DNA of 64,000 nucleotides from Podarcis muralis (lineage: Eukaryota), in assembly GCF_964188315.1 (NCBI RefSeq), contig NC_135658.1:75702001-75766000 (forward strand). The letters are read 5' to 3'. Both the position numbers and the translations under genes were made by a program. Of this stretch, positions 13,653 through 25,945 are shown piece after piece. How positions within the stretch are numbered: the stretch's first letter is position 1; every line of letters begins with the position of its first letter. The notes beneath the pieces were generated by a model, which did not search any database, was not told the DNA's origin, and saw only the letters and a list, made by a program, of their open reading frames with translations.

Positions 13653-13898
13653 ACCATCTGATAGGTTACACTTAGAATATACAAACTCGGGAGTTGGAAA
13701 ACACCTTTTCTCAGCAAACAACAGCAATACAACTCATTTCAGCTTGAGCACTGGGAAAGTCCAACATCCGCACGCTACAAGAAAATGTGAATCTCCCACA
13801 GCAAATGAGTAAACAGCACCATATTTGTTGTGATTTAAGCTGAAAAGAGCCTTCATGTTAAGTAACACAACCACCTAATGCTCTCATAATCATTGTAC

Positions 13899-14068
13899 CT
13901 GCAGATATCTCCTTCTGCCTCTGGCAATGTCAGGGAAGCAACGGAATTTTTCATCAGATCAGCTACTGTGTTGTCCTTTGGAGTCACATAAAAAAAAGGA
14001 ATTCCAGTGCTATTGTCTGTGGGGCCATCGCTAATAGATAAGCAATTCCCAAACGGTGCTCCCCGGAT
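13899..14068 (-). CDS. CREG2: CREG2 exon 2
   Basis: 170 nt; IRGAPFGNCLSISDGPTDNSTGIPFFYVTPKDNTVADLMKNSVASLTLPEAEGDICR; acceptor tttcag, donor AG|GTACAA. Confidence 0.95.
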
Positions 14069-14289
14069 CTGAAAAATTCCAAGCAAGTTGTGCTTAGAAA
14101 GCGTTGCAAATGTCTTCTACAAAGATGCTTGCCAGAAATTAAAAGAACCAGTGTAGTATATTCAGTTCTACTTCCCTGACTGCCACTGGTTTGTACTTCA
14201 TTAAATTAGATTTGTTGTTCAGAATTGATAACATACACATACATACAGTATATCTCTCTCACTTGCTCAGGCAGAAATATATTTTAAAA

Positions 14290-14420
14290 CTTGTGCATGC
14301 ACACGAAAGGTTATACCAAGAACAAACTTAGTTGGTCTCTTAAGGTGCTACTGGACAATTTTATTATTATTATTTTATATATTTCGACTTCGTCAGACCA
14401 ACACAGCTACCTACCTGAAT
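14290..14420. mobile_element. Penelope-like element terminal fragment (hammerhead core truncated)
   Basis: Same family as 14540-14750; retains GTGCATGCACACGAAAG but lacks the upstream CTGAAGA. Confidence 0.6.
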
Positions 14421-14539
14421 CTAGAACCTTGCTCAGGTTGATCGTTCACCTACTTTCTCACCTTTTCAGGTTAAACCAGACTTAATTAAAAGAAACAAAA
14501 CAGGCACTTTACAGAAATAATTTTAAAAGGTGTAGATAT

Positions 14540-14750
14540 AGGTAGGTAGCCGTGCTGGTCTGCTGTAGTCGAAACAAAATAAAAAAAAATCCTTCCAGTA
14601 GCACCTTAGAGACCAACTAAGTTTGTTATTGGTATGAGTTTTCGTTTGCATGCATCAGGTATCTGAAGAAGTGTGCATGCACACGAAAGCTCATACCAAT
14701 AACAAACTTAGTTGGTCTCTAAGGTGCTACTGGAAGTATTTTTTTATTTT
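14540..14750. mobile_element. Penelope-like terminal repeats in inverted arrangement
   Basis: 62-bp arms at 14593-14654 and 14674-14735 with 2 mismatches; sequence resembles reptile Penelope termini (GTAGCACCTTAGAGACCAAC..., GGTAGCCGTG.TGGTCTG). Confidence 0.7.
14658..14697 (+). ncRNA. Minimal type I hammerhead ribozyme motif (Penelope-associated)
   Basis: Stem I GGTAT/ATACC; core CTGAAGA plus extra A; stem II GTGTGC-AT-GCACAC; GAAA; palindromic stem III AGCT; predicted cleavage after CUC at 14692. Confidence 0.7.
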
Positions 14751-17700
14751 GTTAAAAAGGTGTTTGAACTGCAAATAATAATACACCCTCTTTAATAATA
14801 AAAAACGATGTTTCTCCATGAATCACTAAGGCTTGTGGCGATTTTATAAAACTGAATATATATACTGTAAAGATTCATATTGCTTTGAGGACTGTAATTC
14901 TGTGAAGATGGCCTAGAGATTCTAACACAGAATTCTGAGCATTCTCACCTAACTATATTTCACATGATTCACTTGGGAAAGCAATGAATGTCAGTTAAAA
15001 AAATTAATAAGAGAAGATTTTTATCCTGCTTTTCCACTGTGCAATGCCTAAGGCAGCTCACAAAACCCCCCACAAATTCTTCAAAACAATTTAGTAGAAA
15101 ATAAGACATTTGCAGCGCAAATACTCCTTTGTGTGTGCATCTCATACATAACGTGCTATTTCTTATATATCTAAATGAAATTTGTCTTCCACATAAGCAA
15201 TGAAGAGGAAACGTTTCAGATTAGTAATGCACTGCAATCAATTTTAAAAATCTGACAGTTGCTCAGAGATATATTAATAATCTTACATCGTCAATGCTCA
15301 TTTTTTAAAAATGCAATTCATAGCAAACGTGTTAACCCATTATTTAGAAATCTGATGGAAAATTATGCTTTTTTGTAATTTACATCTAGGTTCAAAGAAC
15401 TCCTTTAAGTTCACTCTGAGGCAAGAAAATCTCCAGTTTTAAAGGGCACAAGTCCAAAGTTTTTTCTGTTCTTTTTTTTTATTATTGTGAGCTATGTATT
15501 ATAATTGCAGGTTCATCTAACATCAAGTCTGCACTTCTACTGAAAGACCTTGCAAGAAAACAAATGATAATACCTGAGGCTTTATAGTCCAATAATGTTA
15601 TCGGAGACCTAAGATGGTATTACAGACCTCTGCTGCACAGACTTCTATTGCACAATGGGGAATATTTTATTTTATTAATATTTCATTAATGACCTTTTGT
15701 TACCAACTAACCCGCTGCATTTCACTGCCACACAGAGAGAAGGTTGTGTTAACAGCGCCTTCTAGAGACCGCAAAGGCTGATGCTTATACACGTTTCCCT
15801 TTAAAAAAGAAAACACCAGCACGATGGAGCCAAAGTTAAGCAAATTAAATGCCACTAACATCAATGGGGATATTTAAAGCACACACTAAACCTTTCCACT
15901 GCATCCAAAATAATGTTTAATTTTATCTGGGAGACTAAAGCTGGGATGTAGGGGGAGAAAAATAAGAAGAGCATATTTTGTTTTTTACATATAAAATCCT
16001 TCTCTGCGGCAACACTGAAAATATTCACATTAGCTACTTATGTAAACCAATGTATTTCAAAAGCAAGAGCTTATTTTTGGACTACTCTTTTGTGCAAGCA
16101 TGGTAGATCACAAGAGGTATATGTGCACATGTAAACAAATACCCATGGGTCTCAGGTTTCCTGGCTTGGAGCAACACACAAACTCACACACAAACGACTG
16201 CTGTTTTGTGCAAATCTGGGAGATTGAGAAACTTGTATTAAAATAAATAAAGGTGTGTGCTTACAGGTAAACAGATACCAGTGTGCATGCCCATAGTGAC
16301 CTCAGGTAAGGCCAGCCCACCCATGAAGTAGTTATCTCAGACAGCGGGTGCCCCCGAGGCAGAACCCTCATGAGCATCTCCTGCCATGCCCTCCTCACCT
16401 CTGCCAGAGAAGCGGTGCCAGGATAGGTGCGGATTTCCTGCAAGATCTTGCGAGATCTCATCAAAGTCTTGCGAGATGTCAAGGAGAGCAAAGGATCTCA
16501 TGAGATCTGGGTGAGATCTTGGCAAGCTCTTTCAGGGCATCGGCGCCCATGCCGGCACTGCTGCTCCACAAGCGGTGGTGGTGACGCAGCTGGTGGCACA
16601 GCTGCAGTGCCACCGGCAGGTGGCGCAGCGGTGGGCAGTGTCCCATGGGTTGTGGTGGTGTGGCAGAGAAGGGTGGCACTTCCTGTTTTACCTCAAGTGG
16701 CAAAATGGGACGTACCACCCGTGAACTCAGGATTCCAGCACTTACAGTTGTCAGTTCTGAGGAAAGGCAGGCAAGGACCCACAGCCCAGGTGGGGCTGGC
16801 TACCTTGGGGAGGAGGTGTGTGATTCCTCAGCTGGAACAGGCTCAGGAAAGGTGAGGGTCACATGCCACATCAAGCCCAGAAGGTATAACAGGCCGGCGT
16901 CCTAGCCAGGCCAGCAAATAGCTCTCTTGACAGATGACTTGGACAGATGACTTGTACTCAGATAATTGAGTACTTTTAATGCTTTTCAGTAATATTTGTG
17001 GATCTAGGGGAGAGCAGCTGCCCCCTCCCCCAGCTACGCCCATGCTGGTACAGCAAAAGGCAGTATGCAAGGGAGCATTGCTGGACCATCAGGGTGATGG
17101 GCAGAGCCTTCTTACTCTGGCAAGTGACTGAGGTGATCATGAGGCTTTCAAGTTTGTTTGCATGGAGGGTTCAGAGGATGAGGAAAACAATCAAGAAGAG
17201 ACACACTAGCAGTTTAAATGTTAGCACTTCTTTGTAAGATTGTGCGTGCCTAATTGAAAAATAAAGGATGCATTTAAGATGGCTGGAGATCTTTTGTTAA
17301 GGCTCAGGGTGTTTTACAAATTAAACCCATGCAGTAAAACATAGGAGCTTACTCCCAGGAAAATATGCATTGGATTGCAGGCATTCTGATAAATTTGGCA
17401 TTATGCTACGTACGCTCCTGTGTCTGTAATGACAGATCAACTCAGCTATTTGCATTTTCGGACATTCCTTGGGGGTGTGGCTGTGGGGACTGTTGTGATA
17501 AGCTCCTGGGCTTCAAAATTTATCACTGCACTAGACTGTAGTGTCACTGTAGTAAACTAATCTTGCACAGTGTACACCTTTTAGTAATTTGGTCCACATT
17601 TCAACTACCTTTCACATCGTTTTAAAAATACTCGACTTGCAATACCAGAATTCCTCTGTTGTATATCCTTAGTTAAAATATGCAAACTTCTCCTCTATGT

Positions 17701-18189
17701 TTACAGTCAGATGATGCCCCTTGCAAATGGCTCCTAAAGATGTAAAACAACAACAACACCCCCACTCTGCAATTTCTCCAGTGAGACAGCAACGATCCAT
17801 TAAAAGCTGTTCCATTTATATAGCTAGTATCGGAAGGTTTGTCATGGAGCAAGAATAATCGCTTATCACATTTACAAGATGCTGTTGGGAGTGCACAGAA
17901 GCCTGGATAGAAACAGCCCATTCCAAACAGCATTCCTGTACTATCATCATTATTCCCGTTTAGCAGACCATCCTTCAACAAGAGTTCTTAGGATGGATGG
18001 TGGAGGACATTCACAACAAAATACAAAACTGCAGCATCATAAAATGAGGCTATGTATTTTTTTTAAAATATATATAGCGCCTCATTTTTATGATATATAT
18101 TTTTTATATATAGCCTCATTTTATGATGCTACAGTTTTGTTGTGAATATGGTATATATGGAGGATATATATATATATAGGTTTCTAGCA

Positions 18190-18900
18190 GAGGCGTGGTA
18201 CCTTTTCTTGAGCAGATCTCGTGGCCAGAAATCCCCAGCTGCTGGAATGGATCAGGAACCGGGCCGCCCTGGCCGCTTGCTCGTGGGGCGCGAGGCTCTC
18301 CGTGCCCCCTTTGGCGCTCGCTCTCCGGTAGGAAAACATGCGGGAAGGGGACGAGTTCTGCTTCGGCCTCGCCGCCCCCGGCCTGGACCTCATCTCCTCC
18401 TCTTCCTCCTCTTCCTCTTTGTACACCGAGGCCGGGTAGCTCTGCTTCCAGATGCCCGTGGTGTCTTCCAGGAGCGCGGGGAGAACCTCCTCGTTGGAGG
18501 AGCTGTGCAGCTCTTCCTCCACCTCGTTGGTGACGGACCACGACACCGAGTTCACGATCACGTAGCCGCCGGCCGGGGCCAAGGCCAAGCTGCACCACAG
18601 CAGCGCCCACGAGAGCCAGCCGGGGCACGCGGCGGCCCTGGGCACCGGCGGCGTCCGGCGGCGGCAGCAGCAGCACGCGGGCATTTTGGAGCCAAGCCTC
18701 CCCGAGCTGCGTGCGCCCAGCTCCGCAGCCCGGAACGCGCAAAGCCCAGCAGTCTGGAGGGAGCTTTTGGCTGCGAGAGCAGCGGCCCCTTGAGGCGGAG
18801 GAGAGCGGCTGGCCTGAGAAAAATGCCTAAGCTGGCAAATCGCCAGCAGCAGGGAATTGTCGGAATTCTCTTGTTTGCATCCCGCCCTTAAGCATCCTCC
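18190..18900 (-). promoter_or_regulatory. CpG island / CREG2 promoter
   Basis: CpG-dense tract covering exon 1 and about 200 bp upstream. Confidence 0.8.
18202..18684 (-). CDS. CREG2: CREG2 exon 1 (signal peptide, acidic region, start of the split-barrel domain)
   Basis: ATG at 18684; ...ALAPAGGYVIVNSVSWSVTNEVEEEL...PALLED...MFSYRR...HSSSWGFLATRSAQEK; donor AAG|GTACCA; 483 nt, phase 0. Confidence 0.93.
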
Positions 18901-18924
18901 GCGTTACTATTTCTTACATTTTTA

Positions 18925-19032
18925 AGAGCCCTTAATCGCAGCTTCAGGGGTTCGAAACCTCACCTTGGGCAAAAAGATTCCTGCACTGAAAGCGGGTTGG
19001 ACTAGACGACCCCAATTCTATGATCCTATGAC
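18925..19032 (+). mobile_element. Degenerate tRNA-derived SINE with CR1-type tail (Squam2-like)
   Basis: GGTTCGAAACC B box, GGGCAAAAAGATTCCTGCA, GGTTGGACTAGA and ATTCTATGAT tail. Confidence 0.5.
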
Positions 19033-19039
19033 CCTCGGG

Positions 19040-19400
19040 ATTCCAGACCCTCCAAGTGTCCCTATTTTCCAGGGACAGCCACAGATTTATAGAAACCGTC
19101 CTGGTTTCTGATCTTATCCTGGAATGTCCCGCTTTTCCTTAGGACGTCCCTATGCAGTTGTGCCACCCCTGAGACAAGGAGATAAGTAACTATACAACCT
19201 CGAGAAGACATCTGAAGCCAGCCCTGTATAGGGAAGGTTTTTGTAACGTTTAATGATGTTTTTATATATGTTGGGAGCTGCCCAGAATGCCTGGGGCAAC
19301 CCAGTCAGATGGGTGGGGTATTAACAATAACATTAACAATAACAACAAATTATCATCATCATCATCATCATTCAAAACAACATCCCTATTTTCATTTCTA
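19040..19400. repeat. Recurrent interspersed composite repeat (pieces also near 10855-10975, 11357-11396 and, inverted, 59405-59747)
   Basis: Shared motifs CCCTCCAAGTGTCCCTATTTTCCAGGGACA, TTCCTTAGGACGTCCCTAT and CCCTGTATAGGGA.GGTTTTT, plus an L2-like tail. Confidence 0.6.
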
Positions 19401-19628
19401 TGATTCTGATTCTTACATGGGGCACAAGCCAGGATATGCAGCTCCTACCCTCCCATTTATTTCCACAACAACCCTATGAGGTAGATCAGGCTGAGACATC
19501 GTGACTGGACCAGAGTCTCCCCAGTGCAGGTAGGGCACTCTGCCCACTGCATCGCACACGAGCGTAGTTAAACCTATGGGGATAATGGCCTTGGCTGCTC
19601 TTGTACAGCTGTTGTAAAGATTATTGAG

Positions 19629-19760
19629 ATAGAATCACAGAGTTCGAAGGGACTCTTGTCTGTCCAATGCTCCTTCAATGCAGAAATCCTTTGCGCAATG
19701 TGGGACTAGAACCCACAATCATGAGGTTAAGAGATTCACACTCTACTGACCGAGCTATCC
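19629..19760 (-). mobile_element. tRNA-derived SINE with CR1-type tail (Squam2-like)
   Basis: Minus strand reads GGATAGCTCGGTCAGTAGAG (A box)...GGGTTCTAGTCCC (B box)...CCCTTCGAACTCTGTGATTCT. Confidence 0.55.
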
Positions 19761-19974
19761 TTGTGAAGCCTTATTAACTCTCAAAATGCATAATGCATAA
19801 TGTTGATGTCAAAGTAGTTTGACTGATTGATTCAATAGTCTTATACCCCACCCTTCCTCAGGGCACACTGATGACAATGTGTTCCAAAACTCTGCATGAC
19901 CCTACACGGCAGTCTCATGTAGATTTAAAATAGCATGAGGAGGCAAGACCACACACTGGAGAACCCACGGGACT

Positions 19975-20345
19975 GCGCATTATTCCCTATGTACTACCTT
20001 CTGGTCCAAGTAGGAGTGGAACCACTTCAAAGCAGGGCCCCCTACACCAGTCTCTCCCAGAATGGTACCATGGCCAATAGTATCAAAAGCTGCTGAGATG
20101 ACCTGACACAGGTAATCATAAAGGGAGACCAAGGCAGCTTCTGTGTCAAGCCAAGCTCTGAATCCTGATTGAAATTGATCCAGAAAACCAGTTTCTTCCA
20201 AGACTGCTGGATCTGGTTGGCAACCGCTCACTCAAAGACCTTGCCCAGGAAGTGGACATTTAGTTTAAGTCGAAAATTATTAAGATCCTCCGGGTCCAGG
20301 GTAGGTTTATCCAGAAGTGGTATTACCACACCTCTTTCAGGTGCC
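19975..20345 (-). mobile_element. Degenerate L2/CR1-group LINE reverse transcriptase fragment
   Basis: LDQFQSGFRAWLDTEAAL...SAAFDTIGHGTIL...ALKWFHSYL matches RT motifs QxGFR, AFDTxxH and WFxSYL. Confidence 0.75.
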
Positions 20346-20672
20346 TTGGGACTAGTCCGTGTTAGAAAACACTTATCAAATAGCTACTTCCAGGATGAAA
20401 AATTGAGTAACAATTTGGGGGCAAGGGTTCCACTGAATATTCCCCCCTCCCCCTGAAAGTTTGAAGATGTTGAGTCAGAAGCACATGGGGTATATTGGAC
20501 TGAATACATTTGGATATCCCCAGAGAAGTCTGGTTAAGAAACACGTACATCTACACACATACAGCTTTCATAGTAAGATTTTATGTAAGCTAGCTACCTA
20601 AGCGAATCTCCAACCCATTCACTTTGGAATGGCATCACTGATGTCAAAGGAACTACCCTTCTAACCCTACAG

Positions 20673-20808
20673 CAGGCATAGGCAAATTCGGCCCTCCAGA
20701 TGTTTTGAGACTACAATTCCCATCATCCCTGACCGCTGGTCCTGTTAGCTAGGGATGATGGGAGTTGTAGTCCCAAAACATCTGGAGGGCTGAGTTTGCC
20801 TATGCCTG
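20673..20808. mobile_element. hAT-type MITE
   Basis: TIR CAGGCATAGGCAAA / TTTGCCTATGCCTG; exact 8-bp TSD CCCTACAG at 20665-20672 and 20809-20816; internal palindrome. Confidence 0.92.
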
Positions 20809-20852
20809 CCCTACAGGTATTGATCTGAGGACTGCAGGCAGCAGTTGACATC

Positions 20853-20901
<49 letters not shown>
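20853..20901. repeat. (TAA)n microsatellite, about 16 units
   Basis: Direct read. Confidence 0.95.
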
Positions 20902-20903
<2 letters not shown>

Positions 20904-21486
20904 CAGGACTTGAATCTGCCTAGAAACCATACATGCTTTGATTTTGGGACCCCTGTTTTTTAATCCCTGGTGTGTGGCTACTCTGCAGTCAACTCTGCAC
21001 AGACATCTGTTTTATTATTTCTTTACCTGCTCCAGGACTTTAAAAAGTACCTGGGCTTTCTGGTTCAAATTAAGTCCTGACTGTCACCTTGAGGAGACAA
21101 TTCGCTCAGATTAAAATGCTGTCCCTAAACTGCTGGGCTTTGGAACATTCTACATATACAGGATTTGTAGTAGGACTTCTCGAAATTCAGACTCCTGCAG
21201 GGACATGAACCACACCTGGTAGCCTTAGGTACAGAAGGCATAATTCTGGGACTATTTGTATTGGCGAAATGGCCTTTCCTTGCTATTAAACTTTAGATTG
21301 CAAGCTCCATAGAACAGGGTTTCTTGTGGGAGTGGGTGGGAGGAATGGTTTATACTGTAAAATGCCATGTACAGTCATGGTGCTGTATGTATTAATTAAC
21401 ATTATGGGGCTCAACCGATACATATTGCCACTTGTTTGCATCTTTCAGCATTACAATTGCAACTGAAGTGGGAATGTCACCTGAAA

Positions 21487-21492
21487 TTTATT
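21487..21492 (-). terminator. Candidate RFX8 polyadenylation signal
   Basis: TTTATT on plus = AATAAA on minus, about 260 nt after the RFX8 stop. Confidence 0.45.
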
Positions 21493-21752
21493 TACCACAT
21501 TTAACAAAATTGTTAGTGTTACTTCCTACAACAGCTATAAAACGTAAGACACCGAAGGGGAAATTTCATTAACTATGCATGCTAGGCAGATAAAATACAT
21601 CAGAAAAATGACACAATTTTTAAAAATGTATGCATGCTCGTCATAAAAACTACTTACTTCCACAGAATATACACCGGGGCTGTGCTAAATCTATATTCGA
21701 ATCAACTATGTACAAAACACATTTTTTTTTGCGATGGTCGTCAAACAGTCTT

Positions 21753-21923
21753 TCAGATCTGCTTCGTTTCCTCCCAAGCACTGCTGCAGTCTTCTTGCGG
21801 GTCAGAGGTATGAATGATAAATTTCTGCCCATCTTTTAGAGTAACAAGTGCTTCCTGTCCAACAGGAAGATTCACTTTAACCGAACTTTTAGATGCTTTG
21901 TCTTCCAGAACTACCTGGATAAG
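21753..21923 (-). CDS. RFX8: RFX8 exon 15 (last)
   Basis: LIQVVLEDKASKSSVKVNLPVGQEALVTLKDGQKFIIHTSD...KQI*; polypyrimidine tract and cag acceptor. Confidence 0.92.
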   Translation of the reverse strand, partial: LIQVVLEDKASKSSVKVNLPVGQEALVTLKDGQKFIIHTSDPQEDCSSAWEETKQI

Positions 21924-22582
21924 CTGCACATTAAAAAAGAAAGGAAGGAAGGAAGGAAGATGCAATATCACTATCACTGCTGTGGGAAGACAGGATTGAC
22001 TCAGGGCTTACTATCACTTACCTTTCCCCCGTGCCCACAGTAGGCACAGGTCAGTGTTTTAAAGCTCTGCGTCCAAGCGCGCCTTTTTTCGCTCTGCCAC
22101 TTTCCCCAGTGGCACTTTCCATTCATTTATGCTGAATCGGAAAAAAGGCAATTTCTGGTTTTCCACAGCTTAGACACTGAGTTTTAAAGCACAGACCTGT
22201 GCCTTGAAACGCAGCACAAAAGGAAGTCTGGACGAGGAGCCCATAAACACAATTCTGTTTATTCTCTCTCTTTCTCCTCTGAAAAACTTTGAAATGGAAG
22301 TCTCCAGAGCAAAAGCAAGGCAGATAACACCCAAGAACAGCGAGGCAGTATGTCTTAGTCCTCCTAAAACCAGACTTTTTGCTGCTTATAAAAGCTGGGG
22401 AACTTTCAGAGCTTTCACATAGTCAGAAGCCTTCAAAGGACTGTAGCAGACAGAAGGATTTCTTGGCCGAAAGTAGTAATCTGAATACTTGAATCCAGGG
22501 GAACCTGTGGCAAATGTTTTTTGGACATCAACTTCCAACATCCCCAGCCAGCATGGCCAATGACCAGGGATGATGGAACACC

Positions 22583-22837
22583 AGAAGAAGAAGAAGAAGA
22601 GGAGTTTGAATTTGATATCCCGCCTTTCACTCCCTTTAAGGAGTCTCAAAGCGGCTAACATTCTCCTTTCCCTTCCTCCCCCACCACAAACACTCTGTGA
22701 GGTGAGTGGGGCTGAGAGACTTCAGAGAAGTGTGACTGGCCCAAGGTCACCCAGCAGCTGCATGTGGAGGAGCGGAGACGCGAACCCGGTTCCCCAGATT
22801 ATGAGACTACCGCTCTTAACCACTACACCACACTGGC
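22583..22837 (-). mobile_element. MIR/Ther1-derived tRNA SINE (Squam3-like), (TTC)n tail
   Basis: GCCAGTGTGGTGTAGTGGTTAAGAG head and CTGGGTGACCTTGGGCCAGTCAC core on minus; near-identical to the 24983 and 58037 copies. Confidence 0.88.
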
Positions 22838-23067
22838 CATGAGAAGTTCCTCATGGTCTGGTATAAAGCCCACCAGGGTGGCCTACTTCAAAGCTGAAAT
22901 GAAATTCACCTACTCTTGATCATAGCTGCTGGGAATACCTTTTGATGTTCACAGATATCACAAGCACAGATAGAGCCCTCTGTACATGCCTCAAGCATGC
23001 ATCCATTTCCAACAATCTGATTTTCCACTTCTCATTCAGAAGCAAATATGAAGAACTGGGTTTTTAC

Positions 23068-23348
23068 CTTGTTGCCTGTGTCAGCATCTACTAGGCAGCT
23101 GAGGACCTTCAGAATAATGCTACTTAAGTTAATGTCACTTTGACTCTGGGTCAGAATGATTCGAGTTGGTGCTGCCTCCCCGCCATCAGGCTGTTCAGCT
23201 GCAAAATCGTCCAGAAGACAGACTGGTTGAAGAGCCAAGGTATCCTGCGGCATCGTCAACGGAGCCCCATCTCCTTCCTCCTCCACATGGGTTTGAAGTA
23301 TGTGAATAACATATTCAAGCAGAAGCAGATTGAACAAATGCCAGGAGC
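23068..23348 (-). CDS. RFX8: RFX8 exon 14
   Basis: GSWHLFNLLLLEYVIHILQ...ILKVLSCLVDADTGNK; acceptor ctag|GC, donor AAG|GTAAAA; 281 nt. Confidence 0.93.
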
Positions 23349-24982
23349 CTAGGTTTTTAAAAATATAAAAACAGATGGGATAAATTGTGAAGCCATCTAT
23401 TAGACCTTCCTAGTCAGATGAAAAGGCAAAGGCATTGGCTAGCATTGAGATAGGAATGGGGAGATGGCACTCGGCTCTAAAAATCAACCAGTGACCTCAC
23501 ACTCGGAGAGTAATTGTGTTGTCCTTTACATACAGAAGTACCGTACATGGACACATTTGCATAGTTGCAGAGGACAGAACTACAGAGCCATTTCTCCCAC
23601 TGCTTTGAACTTCCCCAAGCAGGTCTTGCAAAGGAAGGAGTTACAACTGCATGGTTTGCACAACAACAGGGCTTTTTCCCTCTTAGCTGCTCCCTGGTGA
23701 GGAGCTGTTGGGTGAGTCCCAGAGCTCTGGGTGAAATCAAGATGTAGTTAAGAGAGGAAGTACATCTCAGAAAACCTACCAGTACTTATCAGCACTATTG
23801 TAACAGGCGAGGAGTTGCTGACTCTATTTGTATTTCCAGAGGGTAGTAAATGAACTGGCAACAAACCTCCCTTTGTTTTGCAGGTGACTGTTGTATGGAT
23901 TCGAAGTGCCCCAACACCTACAAACATCTCTGTCTAGATGCACCAAGACTGACTTTAACTGATTTTAAAGTGGTCATCCTGGAGCAAAGAAACTTCAAAT
24001 GAAAACTGCACAAGTTTGCACCGGTACAAAGTGGTTGGGTTTTTTTGTTTTGTTTTGTAATAATATTTGTTTGTAATAATACATAGAGAAAGTAATTTGT
24101 TGCTCAACGATTATATTCCATTTCAACAAAACTACTGACTTCCCGCTCACCCAACATCAACGTTTATAACTCAAATCACGAACAATTGCATTTTAAGGTT
24201 TCCATCTTATCTAATTTCACACTCTCTAACATGTTTCTTAATGTATTCTGCTGTTTTCTTACACTACAAACCCCGCTGTGGTCTTTGCATATGGGAAATA
24301 ATTTTACATATAGACTAGGAATGGTTTCCAGTCTTCTTTAAAAGATTCTAAATCTGTATCTTTTATCAAGTGCTTTGTTTTGTTTTTGAATCACACTGCA
24401 TGTGTCAATCAGCTTACCAGTGCCAGAACGTGTTACCATCAAAGCTGTTTTGTGGTCACTGTAACACAGCTATCACTGTCTGTACTTCCTGCATTTAATT
24501 TCCCTCTTGCCTTACTGTTTACAACAAGAATGTGGAATCTGACGCCCTCCAGATGTACGTAGTTGAACATCAACTCTCAGCAGCCCCAGTCAGCATGGCT
24601 AATAGCCAGGGACGGGACTTGGGAGTCCAACAACATCTGGAAGTTCACAAGAGGTACATCTTCAGCCTTCACAGAAAGTTGCATAATGAAGATGCCAGGC
24701 ACACCTCTGTGGGGAAGAATTCCCACAACTTAGAGGCTGCCACCCCAAGCTTCTGAGGGCAAAGGAGCTACCCCCTCTGCCAGTCTTGGCACCCAAAAGG
24801 GTCTGTAGGGAAGCAGGTGGTCTTTCAGGCATTTACAATATGTGCACCATCCGTCATATGCACAGAGCAATGTACAACGCCTGCTGGATTAAATGGCCTG
24901 GGTTGCCTACCTCTCTTTGTTCAGTTACTAGACTTTCCCAACAATGCATCTATTTTACTTTTGGGAAAACGTGGTTAGGCAG

Positions 24983-25234
24983 GAAGAAGAAGAAGAGGAA
25001 GAGTTTGGATTTGATATCCCGCTTTATCACTACCTGAAGGAGTCTCAAAGCGCTAACATTCTCCTTTCCCTTCCTCCCCCACAACAAACACTCTGTGAGG
25101 TGAGTGGGGCTGAGAGACTTCAAAGAAGTGTGACTGGCCCAAGGTCACCCAGCAGCTGCATGTGGAGGAGTGGGGAAGCAAACCCAGTTCACCAGATTAC
25201 GAGTCCACCGCTCTTAACCACTACACCACACTGG
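24983..25234 (-). mobile_element. Squam3-like SINE
   Basis: Same family as 22583-22837. Confidence 0.88.
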
Positions 25235-25830
25235 TTGCCCAGGCCAGCAACAAACAAGTATCACTGCTGCCAACACAATGTCTGAGAAGGATAGGAAGGG
25301 CTACTACTGGTAGTAGGGCCAGCATTAAGGGCAGAAATTGAGGTTCTAAGTATGGCAGGCTGATTTATGCCATGCCTGACTCTGAGCAATCCATATTGTT
25401 CTTAATTGCATGGCATAAAGAGGAGGCATTTGTTGTGGGATCCGTGCTTACGACGCATGCAAGCTTTTTTTGAAGCCTCCACATGACATAGCTGCCATCC
25501 AAATGCCAACCCTCCTCATTTAATCTGGATTTACACTTTCTGGGGGAAATCTGATCGCCCCCCCCCCAAACCCATCAACAATCTGTTTGCAATATCTCCA
25601 CAGCCCTTTTGCAATATGAAGGCCCCCTCCCCACCTGAAAGCAGACTCCTCTTCTATCGTGGGCCTCAAGCGCACAAGTCATAAGCACACACTGAGGCAG
25701 GTGGCTCCTTAGATGAGAGTCCCGCCCTCATGGCGCAAGGCTCCTTGTTCAAGATCCCAAGTTCTTGACCACCAAATATGTTTTACAGCAGAATACGACC
25801 TACAAAAGACCATCTCAGGACATCACTGAC

Positions 25831-25945
25831 CAAAGCTCTCAGTGTGGCAGAGGGTCATAGCCTTGCTGACAGACGTCAAGAGGAAGTTCCACCTCAGCTG
25901 GAAATTAGCAGCGAGCTTTCTGAACTCTTCTTGATTCTTGCTCGG
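25831..25945 (-). CDS. RFX8: RFX8 exon 13
   Basis: [39 protein letters not shown]; donor G|GTCAGT; 115 nt. Confidence 0.94.

Larger units (their letters stand above)
5633..18684 (-). other. CREG2: CREG2 gene span: join 18202-18684, 13899-14068, 7130-7243, 5633-5780 = 915 nt, 304 aa
   Basis: All four exons join in frame with GT-AG boundaries. Confidence 0.93.

Noticed and set aside
18116-18891. 249-aa and 208-aa ORFs over CREG2 exon 1
   Set aside because: Antisense and alternative frames of a GC-rich coding exon.
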